Assembly (NCBI GenBank): GCA_045597865.1
Contig: JAZLKX010000013.1
Location: 1 to 10,955, forward strand
Direction of reading: 5' to 3'
Source: Bacilli bacterium
GTDB taxonomy: Bacteria; Bacillota_I; Bacilli_A; RFN20; CAG-826
Length of the DNA stretch: 10,955 nucleotides
Shown in pieces: positions 6,813-10,955 of the stretch; within the stretch, counting starts at the first letter, position 1; every line of letters starts with the position of its first letter. A model generated the notes under the pieces. The model was not told the origin of the DNA. It was given only the letters and a program-made list of their open reading frames with translations, and searched no databases. The position numbers and the translations under genes are program-made.

Positions 6813-8501
6813 CTAATCAAACAAACTTAGTTGCAACTCTTTTTTCTTTTCGATATTATCAAACAAATAGGATTTATAACCTTTTATTTGCGCTACTTTC
6901 TTCAAATCAATTCTCATAAGAATATCTTTAGTAATCATGCGCTTGGCATCATCGAAAGAAATACTTTTGAGCAAATTTCCGACAATATCGGTATTCAAAA
7001 GATTCCACACGTACTCTGCCTGTTCAAATGTGTCAAAACCAATGAAATAGCATGTGTCATCTAACATAACAGGCTTGCCATTTTGAGGTTTCACCAAACA
7101 AAAATGAAACGTCTTGTACAAACCGGATATTGCGATTTTGTATGGTTTGAAAGAATAATCACCTATGCCAAATATCGAGAAATTGCATTTTCCTCTATAA
7201 ATACTCGATTTTCTCATTTGGAATAAATCAATATGATTGTTCAGATATTCAAATGTTTGTGGATAATTTTTTATGTAGGAAGTGTCTTGTCCCACGAACT
7301 TTTGTGTTACAATGGTCATTTTTCGCGGTGGATTTGCAATAGTTGTCTTCAAATCCGAACTTTTTAGTAATGGATAAACCAAATTGTCTTCAAGCGAAAA
7401 ATGCTCTCCCAACTTATTACAATATGAATTACCATCATACTCAAGTTCCATAACCTTTGAACAATCATGTTTTATGCCTTGTCGCCATACAAACGGTGAT
7501 ATTCCATCTATGTCATTTTCTGCTGATAAGACGGACATAAATTTATTATTCTTCCATCCGAAATTACATTTTATTTCAGAAGTGTAAAAATCAGATTCTT
7601 GGCAATAACATTCGGTGTCTTGATTCAATTGGCAAGAGAATAAAGCAGCATCAACACTGACATCAAATTCTTTTTTTGCATCAATATTTTGTTTTTTCAA
7701 ATTAGCAATAGGCAATTTTAACCTTGAAATATCATGTACAATATTTTTGATTACAGTATTTTTGACTAAAAAAGCCATATTACCTTTATAGTGTCCAAAG
7801 TTTCTTAACAAATCGATGGTTATGTATTCTGCAATATCAAAGTTCCCCTTCCCTGTCATAGCATCAAGTCCCTTATATTGCTTGAAGTTCGATTTTTGCG
7901 GTAGATTTTTTGAATCTATTGCACCCAAATCTGAGTTTGTAACCCATGGCGGATTACCAATAAGCAACAATTCTTTTTCTCCGATTGAATTTTTGATATG
8001 TTGATAATCGTAATCGAATATGTTAGAATGAACAATATGTATTTCAGGTTTCTGTCTGTCTGGATTATTAATAAAAAAATCCAAGACGTTGAATTTCGCT
8101 TGCCAAATATGTTTTTTTTGAATCTCTATGCCAAATATTTTTTCAACTTCATCAAAAGTCTTTAATACAGAAAGGATAAAATGCCCTTTTCCACAAGTCG
8201 GTTCAACTACAACTTGTGGGAAAAGTCCGTTTTTTTTCAGTTTCTCAGTTACCTGATTTGCTAATTTTTGATTTGTTTGAAAATCTCCATATTCAGCATT
8301 GCTTTCGCAAGCCACATAAGCATAAGTGCTATTCAATTCTTCTTGTATTTGTAATAGTTCAGAATCATTCGTAAAAAAATCATTGACACCACACTCTTTT
8401 TGAAAAAGTTTGTTGGCTTCTTCTATCGTTGTCATTGCGTTTTTCTTACTTTTGAGAAAGCAAAAGACGGAATTACTTATGTCGGCATCAAAAAGTCTCA
8501 T
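6813..8501 (-). CDS. Type II amino-DNA methyltransferase, gamma class (probably m6A; M.NspV-like)
   Basis: Motif X YGDFQT, motif I VEPTCGKGHF and motif IV IGNPPW in the X-I-IV order, with a C-terminal TRD region. The start overlaps the REase stop (ATGA, 8498-8501). Confidence 0.9.
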   Translation of the reverse strand: MRLFDADISNSVFCFLKSKKNAMTTIEEANKLFQKECGVNDFFTNDSELLQIQEELNSTYAYVACESNAEYGDFQTNQKLANQVTEKLKKNGLFPQVVVEPTCGKGHFILSVLKTFDEVEKIFGIEIQKKHIWQAKFNVLDFFINNPDRQKPEIHIVHSNIFDYDYQHIKNSIGEKELLLIGNPPWVTNSDLGAIDSKNLPQKSNFKQYKGLDAMTGKGNFDIAEYITIDLLRNFGHYKGNMAFLVKNTVIKNIVHDISRLKLPIANLKKQNIDAKKEFDVSVDAALFSCQLNQDTECYCQESDFYTSEIKCNFGWKNNKFMSVLSAENDIDGISPFVWRQGIKHDCSKVMELEYDGNSYCNKLGEHFSLEDNLVYPLLKSSDLKTTIANPPRKMTIVTQKFVGQDTSYIKNYPQTFEYLNNHIDLFQMRKSSIYRGKCNFSIFGIGDYSFKPYKIAISGLYKTFHFCLVKPQNGKPVMLDDTCYFIGFDTFEQAEYVWNLLNTDIVGNLLKSISFDDAKRMITKDILMRIDLKKVAQIKGYKSYLFDNIEKKKELQLSLFD

Positions 8502-9175
8502 TTCTCATTAACTTCATCGATTATTTTACTGATACCCGACACGGATTTCTCTAATGAAACAACTCTTTGGTATTGCAATCTCCATTGTAAAGCATTAGAA
8601 ATTGTCAAATATCCTTGTTTCGGTGGATTTTTCAATATCATCTTTGCCATATTTAGCAAAGTAATTTCGTCTGCCGGAATGTTTCTATCGGTTAAGTATG
8701 CAACAATATCTTCTTCATTCGCTTTGTCCTTTATCATTTCACGCAAGCGACATGTGGTCGTATAATCGGCAGTCCTTTCACTTGAGATAAACGCACAACT
8801 TACAAAGCGCAGGGTTGTAGTTTTAGTTTTGGTATTGTCTACTTTGTTGTAAACAAAAACTAAAAGATTGTATCCCAACCCAAATATCTTTTGTTTTACA
8901 TCTTTGTATGGGCAGGATGATTGGGGCTGTTTTATGGATGTTACCTTAATATCAGTTAGAATATCCTTCGATGGCAAATCTATCCCACTTGCAGAAGAAC
9001 CTATTGTTACAGAATATTTGGATTTTAATTGTTGTTGGAATTTATGTTCAACATATGTACCAACAGCTTTTCCATCTGTTATTCCATACAGCTCGCTATT
9101 CTTTATCTTTGATTCTGTTATGCAGAATAGCTTTGCTTCCGCTTTCAGTTTCTCTATCGAAAGTTTTGGTTTCAT
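8498..9175 (-). CDS. Type II restriction endonuclease, PD-(D/E)xK fold, NspV-like (predicted TTCGAA, uncertain)
   Basis: LYGITDGKAVGTYVE.KF, SGIDLP...DIKVTSIKQPQSSCP, QKIFGLGY and LTISNALQWRLQY closely resemble R.NspV-family enzymes as I remember them. Translationally coupled to the MTase. Confidence 0.85.
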   Translation of the reverse strand: MKPKLSIEKLKAEAKLFCITESKIKNSELYGITDGKAVGTYVEHKFQQQLKSKYSVTIGSSASGIDLPSKDILTDIKVTSIKQPQSSCPYKDVKQKIFGLGYNLLVFVYNKVDNTKTKTTTLRFVSCAFISSERTADYTTTCRLREMIKDKANEEDIVAYLTDRNIPADEITLLNMAKMILKNPPKQGYLTISNALQWRLQYQRVVSLEKSVSGISKIIDEVNEK

Positions 9176-9231
9176 CTTTATTTATCTGTATTACAACATT
9201 TTATTTTACTACATATTAACGAAGAGTTTTG

Positions 9232-9239
9232 CAAAGATA
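9232..9239 (-). promoter_or_regulatory. Bacteroidota -7 box for the R-M operon
   Basis: Minus-strand TATCTTTG(CA), 56 nt upstream of the REase ATG. No clear -33 TTTG. Confidence 0.6.
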
Positions 9240-9336
9240 CTAAAAATCTTGCTATCCTCAGTGTTTATCTTATGTTAAGTTTTCAACTATTTTACTATGC
9301 GACTAAGTATGACATACACGCTTGCCTATTTTCATT

Positions 9337-10055
9337 TCAGAATGCATTATCCGGTATGTCGCTTGCCTCGTCTTTCTTCTTGTCGATGATTTGGGCATAT
9401 ACCTGCGTGGTAGCAATGGATTTGTGTCCGAGTAGTTTGCTCACTGTATAGATGTCAGTACCACCAGCCAATTGCAATGTTGCAAATGTATGACGGAAAC
9501 AATGGAACGTGATTTTTCTCGTAATACCTGCCGCTTGAATCCACCGTTTCAAGGGTGCAGAAATCCACGAAGGGTCGGGCAAGTCTTCAAATACTAACTT
9601 GTCTGCTTCGGCAGGCGTACCGCATAGTTGGCACGCCTGCTCGCTGATAGGCATATATTCAACGCCTTTTGTCTTTTGCTGTGTAAAGTTGAGACGATAC
9701 CAATTACCGTGCTGCTGCACTTCACTCCATCGGAGTTTCTGAATATCGCAATGGCGAAGTCCTGTTAATGACGAGAACTATGCTGCACGTTTAAGTACTG
9801 GAATATCACAAGGTGTGTTGGCCAACTGGTTCAGTTCGCTTTCGGTCAGATAGTTTCTCCTCACATTGTTCGGTGGGATATACTTGACCTTTGACGCTAA
9901 ATCAGTAGTTAGATATTCATCTATAAACGCCTGTTTCAATCCAGCTTTTAAGATACTGAAATATGTACTTGCAGTAGTTTGTGATATGGTTCCAGGTTTA
10001 TTACCTCCTTGTTGTGCAGATAAAAGAAATCTTTTGAAGTCTTCCAACATCTTAA
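9337..10055 (-). pseudogene. Tyrosine recombinase/integrase (Bacteroidales mobilizable-transposon type), disrupted
   Basis: The two listed ORFs are in one frame, separated by TAG at 9780-9778: VLKRAA*FSSLTGLRHCDIQKLRWSEVQQ. Catalytic residues are retained: R (TGLR), K (QKT), HCFRH, LGH and Y (TQVY). The N-terminal part is cut off by an IS at ~10056. Confidence 0.9.
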
Positions 10056-10076
10056 GGGCAATTCTAAATAAAACTC

Positions 10077-10107
10077 TTTGATAATCAAATAAATATTTGT
10101 ATGTTTG
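10077..10107 (+). promoter_or_regulatory. Transposase promoter (-33/-7)
   Basis: TTTG (10077-10080), 19 nt, then TATGTTTG (10100-10107): the full Bacteroides consensus, 20 nt before ATG 10128. Confidence 0.65.
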
Positions 10108-10127
10108 CCGCAAATTTGAAGAAAAAA

Positions 10128-10955
10128 ATGGATGCATACAAAAGGGCGTACAAAAGTTTGGTAACCAAGGTTTGTTTGATTCAGAAGAAAGAACTTCAGT
10201 GTTGAATGCATTGGGAAATCCATTGTAAAGACTTTCTGAAACGATTGATTTCGAGATGTTTCGTGAGACGTTGGAGATGGGTTTGTATCGGGAGCGTCTG
10301 ACGAACGCTGGAGCAAAGCCCTACGACTATGTGCTGATATTCAAGATACTCGTGCTTCAACGGATGTACAATTTGAGCGATGAACAGACCGAATATCAGA
10401 TCGTTGACCGCACAAGTTTCAGGGACTTCCTCGGATTGGCAAGCGGCGACAAGGTGCCCGATGCCAGAACCATTTGGACATTCAAAGAGCAGCTGACGAA
10501 AAAGAATCTCTATGACAAACTCTTTGCAGATTTTGACAAGTTCCTGCGGGAGAAGAATCTGATAATGAATCAGGGCGTGATAATAGACGGCAGTTTCGTG
10601 GAAGTACCCCGCCAGCGCAACACGCGCGAGGAGAACAAGGCCATAAAGGAGGGACGCGGCAACGAGCTATGGAACGAGGAAGAAGGAGATAGCGAGGAGG
10701 ATAAGAAGAAAAAGGCCAACAAGAAGAGGCACAAAGACACGGATGCCCGATGGACGAAGAAGGGCGGGCAGAAATATTACGGCTACAAGAACCACGCAAA
10801 GGTCGATGCCAAGAGCAAGCTGATAAAGAAGGCGGTAACCACGAGTGCGGAACAGCACGACTCCGTTCCGACCAGGTTGCTGATAGACAATGACGACAGA
10901 GGTCAGGAGCTGCATGCGGACAGCGCGTATATCGGAAAGAACGTGAAAAGCGTGA
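10128..10955 (+). pseudogene. IS5-family DDE transposase, frameshifted and nonsense-interrupted, partial (absent from the ORF track)
   Basis: Manual translation: MDAYKRAYK / frameshift near 10152-10156 / KFGNQGLFD...GNPL*(TAA 10226-10228)RLSETIDFEMFR...GAKPYD...LQRMYNLSDEQTEYQIVDRTSFRDFLGL...VPDARTIW...IIDGSFV...DTDARWTKK...YGYKNH...HDS...ADSAY. The frame is open from 10229 to the window end. Confidence 0.9.

Larger units (their letters stand above)
10056..10955 (+). mobile_element. IS5-family insertion sequence (left part; runs off the window)
   Basis: Integrase-like sequence ends at TTAA (10052-10055, fits the YTAR target of the IS5 subgroup). It is followed by GGGCAATTCTAAATAAAAC (putative left IR), a promoter and a DDE transposase frame. 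The right end is not visible. Confidence 0.8.

Noticed and set aside
6831-9278. Plus-strand ORFs within the R-M operon
   Set aside because: They are antisense shadows of the MTase and REase.
9290-9320. C-box (GACT...AGTC) upstream of the REase
   Set aside because: Only a half match (GACTAAGT) and no controller gene.
10056-10137. N-terminus of ORF 9778-10137 as a genuine integrase start
   Set aside because: It is IS left-end sequence read in reverse and fortuitously in frame. I saw no outward-facing TAnnTTTG box to drive it.
9778-10228. Stop-codon reassignment explaining the in-frame stops
   Set aside because: The stops differ (TAG and TAA), both terminate intact genes in this window, and a frameshift co-occurs; ordinary decay fits better.
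9948-10915. Minus-strand ORFs 9948-10316, 10482-10799 and 10667-10915
   Set aside because: They are antisense shadows of the IS5 transposase; the hydrophobic look of 10667-10915 comes from the purine-rich charged tract on the + strand.

Overview
Accessory region of a probable Bacteroidota (Bacteroidales-like) chromosome, inferred from TAnnTTTG -7 promoter boxes and AT-rich pre-start regions. Left part (1-6346): a degenerate 21-bp repeat precedes a two-gene unit made of a stand-alone Mrr N-terminal winged-helix protein and a large AAA+ ATPase. It is followed by a TIGR04076-family protein, an SDR oxidoreductase, a DUF5692-like membrane protein and nhaA. Right part (~6540-10955): a decaying integrative element. 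It carries an AT-rich minus-strand operon: NspV-like type II restriction endonuclease, then a gamma-class amino-methyltransferase ending in a QLSLF clamp-binding-like motif, then a truncated DUF3644/HEPN-like gene. Next comes a tyrosine integrase broken by a nonsense codon and an IS5-family insertion, whose transposase is itself frameshifted and carries a stop. The best candidates for something new are the Mrr_N + AAA+ ATPase unit with its upstream repeats and the R-M + HEPN-like operon. Family assignments come from motif recognition and memory, not database searches.
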